Assembly (NCBI RefSeq): GCF_001194135.2
Contig: NC_069002.1
Location: forward strand, 19,507,985-19,571,306
Source: Octopus bimaculoides
Taxonomy: Eukaryota
Reading direction: 5' to 3'
Length of the DNA stretch: 63,322 bases
Under the pieces are notes generated by a model. It saw only the letters and a list, made by a program, of their open reading frames with translations, was not told the DNA's origin and did not search any database. This document shows positions 35,536-49,124 of this stretch, in pieces. Position 1 is the stretch's first letter, and every line of letters begins with the position of its first letter. A program made the translations under genes and the position numbers.

Positions 35536-36438
35536 TGGGCTAAACTAAATGCGAAAGAAAAAGACAGAGAAAAATCCCAGCAATGGCTGAGAAGCTCAGG
35601 ACTCAAAGCAGAGACTGAAGGATTTTTAATTGCTGCACAAGACCAGAGCCTCCCCACCAGAAATGACCAAAACCACACAATGAAAAGAAATATAACAAGT
35701 AACTGTAGAATATGTGGAGATCGACAAGAAACAATAAAACATATTATCTCTGGCTGCCCAGTCCTGGCTAAGAAGGAATATATTCACAGACACGACAGAG
35801 CTGGGACCTATATACATTGGAAGCTATGCCAACACTATGGAATAACAACAGAAAAAAGATGGTATNNNNNNNNNNNNNNNNNNNNNNNNNNNNNNNNNNN
35901 NNNNNNNNNNNNNNNNNNNNNNNNNNNNNNNNNNNNNNNNNNNNNNNNNNNNNNNNNNNNNNNNNNNNNNNNNNNNNNNNNNNNNNNNNNNNNNNNNNNN
36001 NNNNNNNNNNNNNNNNNNNNNNNNNNNNNNNNNNNNNNNNNNNNNNNNNNNNNNNNNNNNNNNNNNNNNNNNNNNNNNNNNNNNNNNNNNNNNNNNNNNN
36101 NNNNNNNNNNNNNNNNNNNNNNNNNNNNNNNNNNNNNNNNNNNNNNNNNNNNNNNNNNNNNNNNNNNNNNNNNNNNNNNNNNNNNNNNNNNNNNNNNNNN
36201 NNNNNNNNNNNNNNNNNNNNNNNNNNNNNNNNNNNNNNNNNNNNNNNNNNNNNNNNNNNNNNNNNNNNNNNNNNNNNNNNNNNNNNNNNNNNNNNNNNNN
36301 NNNNNNNNNNNNNNNNNNNNNNNNNNNNNNNNNNNNNNNNNNNNNNNNNNNNNNNNNNNNNNNNNNNNNNNNNNNNNNNNNNNNNNNNNNNNNNNNNNNN
36401 NNNNNNNAAAGCACGTTATAAAAATAAAACTACTGAAC
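35536..36438 (+). mobile_element. 5'-truncated R4/Dong-like LINE with internal N gap, ending in (AAT)n
   Basis: WLRSSGLKAETEGFLIAAQDQSLPTR...CRICGDRQETIKHIISGC (CCHC knuckle)...RHDRAG. The 3' end actactgaac is followed by (AAT)n. Confidence 0.9.
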
Positions 36439-36454
36439 AATAATAATAATAATG

Positions 36455-36512
<58 letters not shown>

Positions 36513-36639
36513 CTCCAGTAATTTAACACACTCATATGGTAGCAATAGTTATTTAGGTAAAAATATAGAGATAATAAGTACAACATTAGTAAATACAACA
36601 ATCACTATAACAACAATAAGATTAGTATCTCGGAATCTA

Positions 36640-37040
36640 ATTGTAATAGAATAAGTTTTTAAGTGCGAATGCCAGGACCAAAAATGTGGTTTAACAATGT
36701 AAGGTAACGACCAACACAGAGGTCTCGCATTATGTGGGTAGCTCCTCGACGCAGGTCTCCAAGAGAATTTCCAGCCATTATTCTTCCTTTGGGGATAGTA
36801 ATAAAATTAATAGTACTGGTCTAAGTAAATAAATCTGGAAACTTAAGGACTGTAATAAACAATTCTCTTTGGAATGGTCAATACTGGCTACCTCAATACT
36901 CTACGACAAGGGTAATGATTTTTGGCCTCTCTGTAACTTGGAGCTATTCCACATTGTATTCTCCAAGAATAATTTAGTAAACTAGATAACACAGAGAGCA
37001 TACAGATGCCAGCGTTGGAGGAAACACACCTTCAGTTTTT
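36640..37040 (+). mobile_element. Penelope-like GIY-YIG endonuclease remnant, Naiad/Chlamys-like
   Basis: VFKCE...YVGSSSTQVSKRISSHYSSF...NSTGLSK*IWKLK...WSI...WPLCNLE...LVN*...CQRWRKH. This fits the recalled YIG...R...H..SF...NST.LS..IW.LK...CxLC..E pattern. Confidence 0.6.
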
Positions 37041-39391
37041 TTCATTAATTTCAATCTTACTAATTTTTAGTTATTATTATTTTTATTTTTTCACCTGATA
37101 ACATTCTCACTAGTGGACAGCCACCTTGCAAGTGGTAGGTACAATCACCCAGCTTAGTATTTACCTTTAACTTTAGACAATAACAATAATAGTAAAAATG
37201 ATAATAATCAATTTATTTTTATACTTATCATAATAATATTAATAAAAATTACAAGAATAATATCATTAAAATATTATCTTAAATAACAATTATATCTAAC
37301 TCCAACCCCAATAGTTTTTATTCTTTCCCCTTCTACAGCTGGTTCAGCAAGTCTTTCCCAGTAAAGCCACATTCCTTGAGTTTGAAGCATACTGGCATTT
37401 TTATGTAAAGACTTTCGATATTGTTCTCGTAAGCATGTTTCTTATTATTATTTCCTCACGTTATAGTTTTGTACCTTGTATTACCATTTATTTAGGTTAA
37501 TTACCGTATTTTAATATGATACAATGCTATGGTTGTTTAATTAATTATATTTACAATGTATACTTAATTTTACTTCATTATATAAGTTTCTTTACATAAG
37601 GAGTAATATATAAAGAATTCATTGGATTCTCTCCCTTTCTCCTTTACTAAGATTTTTTGTTTACCATTATCTTGAACTTTAGATTTTGGATTTTACTGTG
37701 GTTCATTATGTCTTCTTTTAATTTAAACATTTAGTATAGCGTTCATAGACTCTCTCCCTTAACAACTCCCTGTAAACTAGCGTTCTTGTTTCTAACGGTC
37801 ATTTACTTAGCTGTATAGTGTTATTACTCGTACGCAACCTTAGCATTTAGCGCATGTCTTGCTTTTGTATGTTGATTCTCTGACGATGAATTTATGTGCA
37901 TTTCCAGCATCTCTCACTTCTTTGGGGTATGGTGCACATAAATTTTGAAACATATGTAAGAATTAAAGGAACTTATTGATTATATGCTTTTTGCTCCATT
38001 TATTATTATNNNNNNNNNNNNNNNNNNNNNNNNNNNNNNNNNNNNNNNNNNNNNNNNNNNNNNNNNNNNNNNNNNNNNNNNNNNGTGTGTGTGTGTGTGT
38101 GTATGTGTGTGTGTGTGTGTGTGTATACGTATATCAATGTTTGTGTGTGTGTGTATGTGTGTGTCTGTGTGTAGAAGATTGATCATTATTTATAATAGAA
38201 TTCGTCTCCCTTGCAAAATAGAAAAATCTATAATGGAAAAGTGATGCTTAATTCCACCCACTCCCACGTTTATTTGTAAAACATGAGTGAATTATTGTGC
38301 ATTCTTGTAATTTATTCTGAATTATTCAAGCGAATTTCTGAACAGCGCTAAACCTGGCGGCAAACCCCCTCCAAAGAATTAAATATTTTGTCATGGAACT
38401 TCAATTCCACATCTCTTTAACTTGGAAGCTCCAAAATTTGCTATGGTACGAGGCTCCCCATAAAATTTGGATGCCTTCTGCTCTGAATGTCGAAATCATG
38501 TCGAAGAAATTTGTTCAGAAAAGTTTCCAGAATATTTCTAATGAAAATTGGTTTGCAAACGGATTTTCAAAGATTTGATTACGACGATTCCTTATGATCA
38601 TCAATCAGAGAATGTCATTGGACTGACCCTGGCAAATTCAGCACACGGCAAAGCGCAAGTTTTCAATTCATCTCGTCTTTGGACAAAGGATCGGGGCATT
38701 TTTCTGTAATTTTGCTTCAATAACCATATAGGAAGACCCCGATTCTTTACTTTCGAGGCCAATCGATATATGAATATTCCTACATACTGGCTTCTAGCAT
38801 AAAACACTCGGTCAATATCAATCAGCTTCTCTGGTTAATGTGCATATATACACAAATAGTAGACTGGGACTCCGTCGTTGATCTGATCAACGGAACAGCA
38901 TGCTCGTGATATTAACGCGCATTACACAGAAACGCATAACCATAACGTAGTTCTGAGGGAAATTCAGCGTCACAGTGACAAGTGTGTAAGTGTGTGCGTC
39001 TGTAATGTGTGGGCGTGTGGATGATGGTGTGTGGGTGAGTGCTTGGAAGTGGTCAGTGCTAGCGTGTGTGGAGTGGGCTGGGGTGGTGTGATGTGTGGTG
39101 GTGTGGTGTAGTATGGTGTGCGTGTGTGTCTGTGTGTATATATAGGCATGTCCGTATATATACATATATATGTGTGTGTGTATGTGCGTGTGTATGTGTG
39201 TTTGTATGTTTATATATATATAATCGTTAAAGCTGCATCGAAAATCTGCAATGGCTCCATAACTACCGTCTCAGCCATAACCTTGGAGCCTAGCTATAAT
39301 CCATTACAGCACATACCTAGCGTACCTAGTCGTTTAGATCACCTCTGAACAAAACCCATGTATGTATATATATATATATATATAAAGAGAA

Positions 39392-39429
<38 letters not shown>

Positions 39430-39916
39430 TGTGAGATAGAGAAAGAGAGAGAGAGAAAAGTCGTCAGAATTTTGGAAAAAATATCTTTTTATTTATTCAT
39501 TATTATTACCACTTTCATTCCTTTCTCGAACTTGTCAAATAAGATTTTTTGAATGTACAAACAACTTGTTCATTTATATAAAACAGATGTTTTTTTGTGG
39601 GTGTTGTTTAGAAGAGAGCATTGTTTTTGTTTTTTGGAATGAGTTTCCATGACAATGGAGATGGATAAATTGAATTATAGGTAGGTAGATATGATGATAG
39701 ATAGATAGATATTCAGACAGATAGGTAGAGGGACAGAGAAGAGGTATCCCTCTTCCTATTCACCATTTATATATTCATTTATTTATTTAGTCCTTTACCA
39801 TTTTATTGGTGCGGTTTGGTTATCACTGATAGTCATTTTGCGTTCTTTCTTTCTTCCCCCTTTTCCTTTTTTCTCTTTCTTTCTTTTTCTCCTCTTTGAG
39901 TTATATTTAGAATACA

Positions 39917-41950
39917 AAATGTACTGTCTCCCATTCCAAACATTCAATTTTGGAGGAATGTTTTGATGAAATGTAGTTCTGCATGAAAAAACATTAATAT
40001 AACATTTGCAAATTAACAATTTAAAAAGTAAAAAAAAAATAAATAAATAACATAAAATGAATATATATATATATATATATANNNNNNNNNNNNNNNNNNN
40101 NNNNNNNNNNNNNNNNNNNNNNNNNNNNNNNNNNNNNNNNNNNNNNNNNNNNNNNNNNNNNNNNNNNNNNNNNNNNNNNNNNNNNNATATATATACGTAC
40201 ATATACATAAATATATACGTAAAGCTAGATCAACTCAATGCTACACACACACATATATATATATATGAACATTTGTAGAGATGGCTCACATTTGGAATAA
40301 ATAATTCAAGTTCTTTACGTTACCTTCAAGCATTCAATTTTAGGGAGGATCCCTTGATGAAGTGTGTGTATGAGTATGTGTGCGTGCGTGCGTGTGTGTG
40401 TGTGTGAATGTGTGAATGCGTGTATGTGTTTTGGAACATGTCCGAGTTTATACCGTGTAACTTCGATCACGTCTCTTTCAATTTCATGTTTTTGCATTAG
40501 AGAACATTAGTAGATCACTTACAAAACGTACTGTCTCTGCTTTTCTTTCAAACATTCAATTTTGGAGAGAATGTTTTGATGAAATGTAGTTCCATTGCTT
40601 TTCGGTATTGCTGATCGTCCCGTGACACAGTTGTAAAAGGGAAATCTTCTGAGTTTTCCGTCGCTGCATATTTCCAGATGTTTATTTAATGGAATCTTGC
40701 GTAATTCCTCTTGTCGGATATGTTGCCTGTGGATTCTTGAACGTTGGCAGAGGGAATTATTTGTTTTGCCAATGTAATTTTCGTTGCAGTTTTGGCAGGT
40801 AATGCAATATATGAGGTTTTGCGTTATGCAGTTCATATCTGCATTTACTTAGAAAAGTGATAAGCTCTTGAATTTTATGTGGGAACATTTCCAAGTATTT
40901 AGAGTTGTTTATGTTATTGCATGTTCCACATCTCCTATCTCTACATTCTTTTACTAAGATTTCTCTGATCTGAATTCTGCCTCTGTGAGGTGTTTAAGAT
41001 TATTTGGTTGGCGTCTGCTATTCCGTAAGGTGTCTTTTTCAATCAGATTTTTCATTTTGGGTCTTTGTAGGAGTATAGGTAAGTTCAATTTTATGGTATG
41101 AAAGATGCTGGTTATTCCAGGACTTTATGTATTAATGAACGGAATCGTGTTTTCACTAACTTTTTCCTTAGGTTTCTTGAACTCCTGATCAAAAGTTTTT
41201 TCTACTTCCTCATAAAGGTTTTCTTCCAATTATCCCATAACTAAGTTTGCATACGAGAGGGCAAACCGCGTATCCATAGCCGTGCCCTTTCTCTGTCTAT
41301 ATGTTCTATTGTCGAATCTAAATGTATTTTCCTCTAGTACTAGGCGTGTGACCTTGGTGATGAAGTCAGTTTTGAAGCGTTCATTTATCCGTTCTCTATG
41401 TTTCTCTACCCAGTGTTTGATTGCTTCTAGGCCTAAAGTGTGAGGTATAGAGGTTTGTGACATCAAAATATGTGAGTATAGTACCTTCTGCGACAGTGGG
41501 AGGGATGTGTTGGATGAAATCTATGCCATTCCGTACATAACTAGGACACAAAGGTTTTTGGAGTATATCCCCAAAATAACTTAGTTTTTGTGTTGGTGCT
41601 TGAGGTCCAGCAACTGTTGGTCTTAGTTTGAGGTCAGCAGGACGTATTGGTTCTTCTACTTATTTATGGCACTTTGTATTTCGGAGCTTTTGTGGATTTT
41701 GGGTAATCCGTTGAAATTGCCCTCTTTGATTACAGAGTTGCATATATAATCTTTCTCCTTGTCTGTGAAGGAATCTTGGAATTCATTGTTTAGTTTTCTG
41801 ATTTTATTCATTATCGTTTTTTCTAAGTGTCTTGGGTTTCCTTGTAGTAGGTTTGGTTTGCTACCATTACCAATATTCTATGTTTATAATAGTCCTTGTG
41901 CATGGTTACTATCGCCCCTCCCTTATCGGCTTCTTTTAGGATGATTAAGT
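39917..41950 (-). mobile_element. Penelope-like element remnant (RT plus C-terminal GIY-YIG) with duplicated 3' segments
   Basis: LRPTVAGPQAPTQKLS, TSIPHTLGLEAIKHW...YRQRKGTAMDTRFALSYANLVMG (PLE RT), and NLIYCITCQNCNENYIGKT...R..IH (GIY-YIG). Many stops. Confidence 0.9.
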
Positions 41951-42212
41951 TGTCATTCTTCAGTGTTGTCATTCTTCAGTGTTGTCATTCTTCAGTGAAG
42001 AAAAGGCTTCCTTTTCTTCACGAAGGTTGGAAATTTTGAAATCGTGTCTGTATACGCGTCTAAATATTCAATTTCTGTACATCACGACTAACACTATACA
42101 TACATACATGCATACATACATACATACATACATACATACATACAAACATACATATATATATATACACACATATATATATATGTTTATATGTACATGTATA
42201 TTTATACATATA

Positions 42213-42265
<53 letters not shown>

Positions 42266-42899
42266 TTATATAGATATATATATACACACATGTATGTATC
42301 GATGTATGTACGTGTTCAATTATTGATTCTGTGAAAATGCAGACATTAGTTTGAATGTCCTACTGTTTCATTGTTTTATCGCGATTGTATGACATTTAAT
42401 TATATTTACGGTTTTCTTTAACGGTAAATTATTTTCTCTATGTTACATTTTGTTGGATTCATAATATTTTAATTTTTTACTTTCGTTGCTTTGTATTAGT
42501 TATTCTGTTGTTTACATGAGATGAGTTCTTCATTTTAACCCATTTTCTTGTGTAGAAGCGCAGCACACTAAAGCTACGTAAATGGATTTTTATAGAAATA
42601 AGCGAAACAACGAATATAAAACGAGCTACGTTTTGAGAATTCAACTGTGGAAACAGATCTGCATCTATGATACATCACAATTTATTACTCAGCCTCTCAC
42701 CTACACACGATGGGTCGAAATGATTGTAGTCAATAAAGAGCCAATGGAATTTCATGGTCATTCTCCCATATTTTCGTAAATTCTAGACACAATGGAATTT
42801 CTGACGAAAATCCAATATATGCACACACGTACATGCACACGTACACAGTCAAACAGGTCTATATGTTAATGCGCGCGCGCGCGGGAGTTAAGAGAATAC

Positions 42900-43330
42900 T
42901 GGAAGGGTAAGGTAAAAGAAATGCGGTATTAGCTTGACATATGAAGGGGGAAAGAAAGAGTCGTAATATTTCGGATGTAAGCCCTTCATGAGAATAAAGA
43001 GAAAAACATAGAGTTGAGAAAGAGGAAAAGACATTGTTAGAAAAAGAAAGGGATTATATAAAAGGTTGTTCTATATGAGACGACAAGAAGGGAGGTGGAA
43101 CGGGTATATAAAAGAAAGCCAAAGAATGGATCCGTTCCAGGTGGTGGGCATATGAGGTGAGTGTTTGTGTTTGGTATTTTGGAGAGTGTGCATATGCAGA
43201 AGTATTTTGGTATAAGTCAGAGGGTATTTGAGGTGTTGTGGCATAGAATGAAAGCATGGCTGTGAGGAAGTGAGAGCAGCTGCATGTATGAGGCGAAGAG
43301 TGACATGAAATATGTTTGGGTGAAAGTAAA
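42900..43330 (-). mobile_element. Decayed PLE 3' end with hammerhead relic
   Basis: A weak HLI..PGT.P-like GIY-YIG C-terminal trace, followed downstream by CTCATGAAGGGCTTACATCCGAAATAT. Confidence 0.35.
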
Positions 43331-43418
43331 TGAGTCGGATATTGACAAGAAAGGAAGATTTGACAAGTGAAAGAAAAGTATTTGGTAAAAAAATGAAGAC
43401 ATTAGTAAAACGTAGAAA

Positions 43419-43481
<63 letters not shown>

Positions 43482-43714
43482 AGAGAGGGGACGAGAGGAA
43501 GAGAGATACAGATAGACAGATGGAGAAATTAAGACTTCTGTGAGAGATGAGAAGTTATTTAAGCATTACATAAGGCTGTTAAAATATCCGGAAACGTCAG
43601 ATGGAATGTCCAAAAGATAGTAACTTAGTAAAAAGAAATTAGACGATGCACATGGAAAGGAGGGAGGTATGTGGAGAATGTAGTGAATGTGTGTTAAAAG
43701 GTTTCACGTAAATG

Positions 43715-43752
<38 letters not shown>

Positions 43753-43939
43753 CTCGCTCTAAACTATGTACACAGATTACACACATATACACAAGGTGAT
43801 CATAATATTTAGATACATGGCGACTTACCCAGATTGAATTTGACTTTGTCTAAAGACATTATCTTTTCAGACTATAGTCATCCTGTATACATATCTTTGT
43901 ATTCATATACGTATATATAAGTACAAATGTATATATATC

Positions 43940-44007
<68 letters not shown>

Positions 44008-44253
44008 NNNNNNNNNNNNNNNNNNNNNNNNNNNNNNNNNNNNNNNNNNNNNNNNNNNNNNNNNNNNNNNNNNNNNNNNNNNNNNNNNNNNNNNNNNNNN
44101 NNNNNNNNNNNNNNNNNNNNNNNNNNNNNNNNNNNNNNNNNNNNNNNNNNNNNNNNNNNNNNNNNNNNNNNNNNNNNNNNNNNNNNNNNNNNNNNNNNNN
44201 NNNNNNNNNNNNNNNNNNNNNNNNNNNNNNNNNNNNNNNNNNNNNNNNNNNNN

Positions 44254-44301
<48 letters not shown>

Positions 44302-46163
44302 TCACACACATTTGTACATATTGTTGATAATATAATAAATTTGTGACTTAAAGTTATCGATCCGAACGACAGTGTATCATTGATATATATTTCGAAGGCA
44401 TCTTCAGTTTTGTTCCGGAGTGAATGTTGTTGTGACACTCAAACACATCTTATGATAGTCACAATAATGCAATACCGTATTATTTATAAAGTAGTGGATG
44501 ACAACAATAAAAAAGTCTACTGGGTCAAATGCTTTGCAGTATATATTTGAGTCCTTTTGTAGTGTGATTTGAAACCCAACTGAGATTTCATTTCTCTTCT
44601 TCAGGTACAGATATGTACCAGTCATTTACTGGGGTCTCTTGCCACATTCACATCCTCTGTCTGAACTCCTAATCATAATCTTGCATCAAAATTATGATTT
44701 TTCAAGACATCTGCAAATTCCCCATGTAATATTTTAAACAATACTTTACTAAAAATGTGACAAGGAATTGTTGCAGAATGATGGACAACAGTTTCCCGGC
44801 AGCACTACTGCTTAGGAACTAGTTCTGAAGTTTCTTATTTTTTAGAATTAGTGTTCGTCATCCCTATGTTTACATGTCAAGTAAAATACATTTTTAGATG
44901 CATATTTTAATTTCTTTTTCCCATTTCTTGACGAGCCCATCTCAGTTTTTTTCTTTGTGTATTTTGAATCATCCCTGTCAATCCACTCCCTAATTACTTT
45001 ACGTTAGTTTTCATTTCGGTAATAATCATACATTGCGCCTGTCACTATATCATCTGCCATGTCCGCGCTGAAAAATTCTATAGAGACTTGCAACTGTCAT
45101 TTCTAATAACAGCTTGTGGCTAATGTAGGTACTCCTTTTCATCGATCATGGATGCAAATTTCTGAATAGCCTTCAAATATATTCCTTATTTTGTCACATC
45201 ATCGTTTATAATCCTTTTGCACCTAATTGTTTCACTGCATCCACGCAAGATGATTGGCACTTTCATTTAGTACATCCAACACTCGCTATCTTTTTAGATG
45301 GAAGTAACTGTTTCCTTAGACGCAATCTGTAACGATTTTTCAGTGAAGATAATAGGATGTAACTTGGCTATTGCTTGTTGTACTGTTGCACATGTCATTA
45401 AACGGTAAAAGCAGGCCGAACTATTCCAGTTTTAACTGAAGAGACAGAAATATAGGAAATAAGACACAAAAAGAAGCAAGAAAATTTCAGACATCAACTT
45501 AAATAATTCTATTTTAATTTAATATAGATATATTTCCTAATAAAACATAGTTATATAAATTTTTATGAAAAAATAAAAGTAAAATTGGAAAATTTGATGA
45601 ATTCCGAAGGAAACTTAAAGCTGTTTTGTTTTGAAATTTTGTATGCGAAAAACTATTCTAACTAATTAATTATTGAACAAATACATTGATTTGCGTCATT
45701 TTAGAATATGGCTTATAATATGGTTTAGAATATGATTTAATGAGAATTGTGGGCGCAAGAATAGGGGAATGGTTAAGAAGTTTGCTTTAAAATAATGAAA
45801 GGAATTCCTGCCTCCACAATTGAAATTAACCCCACCCTAATCTCATTAGGCAAGTTTCTTCCACGTAATCTCAGGTAAAAATGAATGAAATTGTTTGGAG
45901 ACAAAATGTGTTTAATTGTAATGGAAGAATGTACTTTATGAGCCATAATCTCTCATCCACTACCCCTTCCTCGGTCTATCATTTATGAAAGATCTGTAAA
46001 TGACTTTTTGACTCGCTTAATGCAAACACCAACAAAATCAACTCCGGGAAACATTGATATTGAAACACTCTCTAAACTCACTCCATTAGATGGAAATCAA
46101 ATCTCACGATATAAACTACTGCACTAAAATACCTCTATATCACAATAAACTACACACATAAAT

Positions 46164-46221
46164 AAATGCACTGATGAGAGAGCGATAGCATTGGGAAGGC
46201 ACTGAGAAATTGTTTGCATTT
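46164..46221 (+). ncRNA. Type I hammerhead ribozyme-like motif with decayed stems II and III
   Basis: AAATGCA-CTGATGA-[28 nt]-GAAA-TTG-T-T-TGCATTT, with a perfect 7-bp stem I and intact core boxes. It lies about 75 bp after an LRETLILKHSLN* PLE-endonuclease-like C-terminus (46042-46089). Confidence 0.5.
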
Positions 46222-47951
46222 GCGTTTGTTATATTCTCTCTGATCTTGTCCAGTCTATTCCATCTTCTTTCTCTGTATGCCCCATATTCCACGCATGCAA
46301 TTCATGCTGATTTCTATTTGTACTTCTGGGTAGTTTCTGCAGAAATTCATGAAAAATAATGAGTTAGGGAATGCACTTTGAAATTATGTAGTCGAAGATA
46401 TTGTAAATGATTCTTATGTCATACCATTTCTATTATAGAGTACCATTCTATATCACCTTTATGTGTAAATCTTCTGTAACATTGTCTCATGAACCGTCAA
46501 GGAACTGTTAAATTTAGGGAGTTGATTCAAAGTATTTTGGGTTCAAAGAAATAAACTTGCAGATTAAAGTCTAAAAATTATCAGGAGTCATACCAAATTT
46601 CGATTTCTGCTTCTACTATTTTCGTCATTTGATATCATTTAAAAAAAAAAAAGCTCTCTTTCCTTAGAATATCTCATGAATGATGGATGGTAGATTTCAG
46701 ATTTCTAGGTTTTCTGTCATTATATTTATTTTTGATGGCGTCAGTGTCTATTGATGAGAATAATTGCAATGCTGAATAGAGTTAAATTATAGATTTGATA
46801 TTTTATTGTATCTTCCAGTCGTGTATTATTCGGAACTACTATTGTCATTTGCACCACTCAATATATCTAACCGTCAAACTCTGACCTACCATTCTATTTT
46901 CATATTTGTTTTCTAAGTTGCTTACTTCACCAGCCTCCATTCTGATATCTCAGAAAATAATGATGCAAGAATTTCTGTTTCTTTAATGTTTATTGAACAA
47001 AAGAAATTCATTTTTGTTTTTTTTTCCTTTCAAATCTTGCTTTTATGGAAGCTATTTCGATATTAACTGCCACACTATTCAATGTGCCACGCCATGGGGT
47101 ATATGTTAAGCGACATTATTTATACAATAACCAAAATGCGGTACAATCACTTCTATACATATACGTACGTAACAATAATATTGCCAGTGTTTGTAGTTAT
47201 AATAGTTACTTGTGCAAATTACATTAAAATACTGACGATAAAGGTATACACACACAGCTACATAATTATTCTCATATTTTCCATTCAAATTCTGAATATA
47301 AATGGAGACATAAAAAGGTGCATAGAAAAACTGTTTATTTTAAGTATTAGCGAGCAGAAAAGGTATTTGTGTCAATTAAATTCAAACTGCTACCTATGTA
47401 AACAAACAAAATTTAATTTTCGGTTTAAATTTATTTCCGCTGGTTAATGAATCACGAAAGCTTACTTAATGTTAGGTCCTCCAATGTTATGAGATGCATA
47501 AGGCAAGAAGCTTTTTCTAGAGTGGCCAATCTGTCGCACATCTTTCCGTTCCTGCACAACTTGTTCTAGAGCGCTCTATCATGTACACATGAACATATTA
47601 ACAAGAAATAAGGCCACATTAGACATTGTAGTCATATGTATCAACAAAAGGACAGGATGACCGTATATGACATACCTTTAATAATATGCCTGCTAAATTA
47701 CGTGTGACCTATGCCTCAACGAGAATGACAATCAACTTTGAAATGTTGTTTCTCTTAAGATCTTCTTACAAATTCTATGAGAAATTGTCGCCATGCAGCG
47801 TCAACATTTATTAGTACATTCAGTTCCAATATCAGTATGTATAACTTCCGACAAGATACTTTATTGAAATCATCATCATCGTTATTATTATTACTATTAT
47901 TGTTGTTTGTTGTTGTTGTTGTTGTTGGTGTTTATTATTATTATTATTATG

Positions 47952-48032
<81 letters not shown>

Positions 48033-48374
48033 NNNNNNNNNNNNNNNNNNNNNNNNNNNNNNNNNNNNNNNNNNNNNNNNNNNNNNNNNNNNNNNNNNNN
48101 NNNNNNNNNNNNNNNNNNNNNNNNNNNNNNNNNNNNNNNNNNNNNNNNNNNNNNNNNNNNNNNNNNNNNNNNNNNNNNNNNNNNNNNNNNNNNNNNNNNN
48201 NNNNNNNNNNNNNNNNNNNNNNNNNNNNNNNNNNNNNNNNNNNNNNNNNNNNNNNNNNNNNNNNNNNNNNNNNNNNNNNNNNNNNNNNNNNNNNNNNNNN
48301 NNNNNNNNNNNNNNNNNNNNNNNNNNNNNNNNNNNNNNNNNNNNNNNNNNNNNNNNNNNNNNNNNNNNNNNNNN

Positions 48375-49124
48375 GCAATTTTCTGTATGTTATATATATT
48401 TGTAAGTCCTGGTGTTTTTGTTATGTATTTGTCTGAATATTTTTTTTATTATACCTACTATGATAGGAATTGTTTCTGTTTTTAGATTCCACATTCGAGT
48501 TATCTCTATTTCCAGGTCTTTGTATTTTGAAAGTTTCTCCATTTCTTTTAGGGAAACGTTGTCATCTGCTGGTATTGATACATCAATTAGAAAGCAATTG
48601 TTTCCTTCATGATCTTTGACAACTATATCTGGCCTATTGGCCTTAATTTCTCTATCTGTGTGTTTTGGCATATCCCAGAGCATGGTTGCTTTCTTGTTTT
48701 CTGTGACCTTTTCTGGGGTGTGCCTATACCATCTTTTTTCTGTTATTCCATAGTGTTGGCATAGCTTCCAGTGTATGTACGTCCCAGCCCTTTCGTGTCT
48801 GTGAACATATTCCTTCTTAGCCAGGACTAGGCAGCCAGAGATAATATTCTGCAGTTACTTGTGATGTTTCTTTTCATTATATGTTTTTTGGTATCTTCTG
48901 GTGGGGAGGCTTTGGTCTTGTGCAGCAATTAAAAATCTTTCAGTCTCTGCTTTGAGTCGTGAGCTTCTCAATCATTACTGGGATTTTTCTCTGTCAATTT
49001 CTTTTGCATTTAGTTTAGCCCAGTATATGCCATGAAGGGGTTTTTCTTGCCATCGTTTTATCATGGTATGTTGCTGTTCTAGTTTTAGTTTGGATTTCAT
49101 TTGTTTTATAGCTTATGTTGTTGT
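48375..49124 (-). mobile_element. R4/Dong-like LINE fragment (CCHC plus RLE); 3' end lies in N gap next to (TAT)n
   Basis: KRWQEKPLHGIYWAKLN...AETE...KANRPDIVVKDHEGNNCFLIDVSIPADDNVSLKEMEKLSKYKDLEIEITRMW. Confidence 0.9.

Noticed and set aside
45310-45430. Tc1-like HTH fragment (NLAIACCTVAHVIKR)
   Set aside because: Too short and isolated to support a call.
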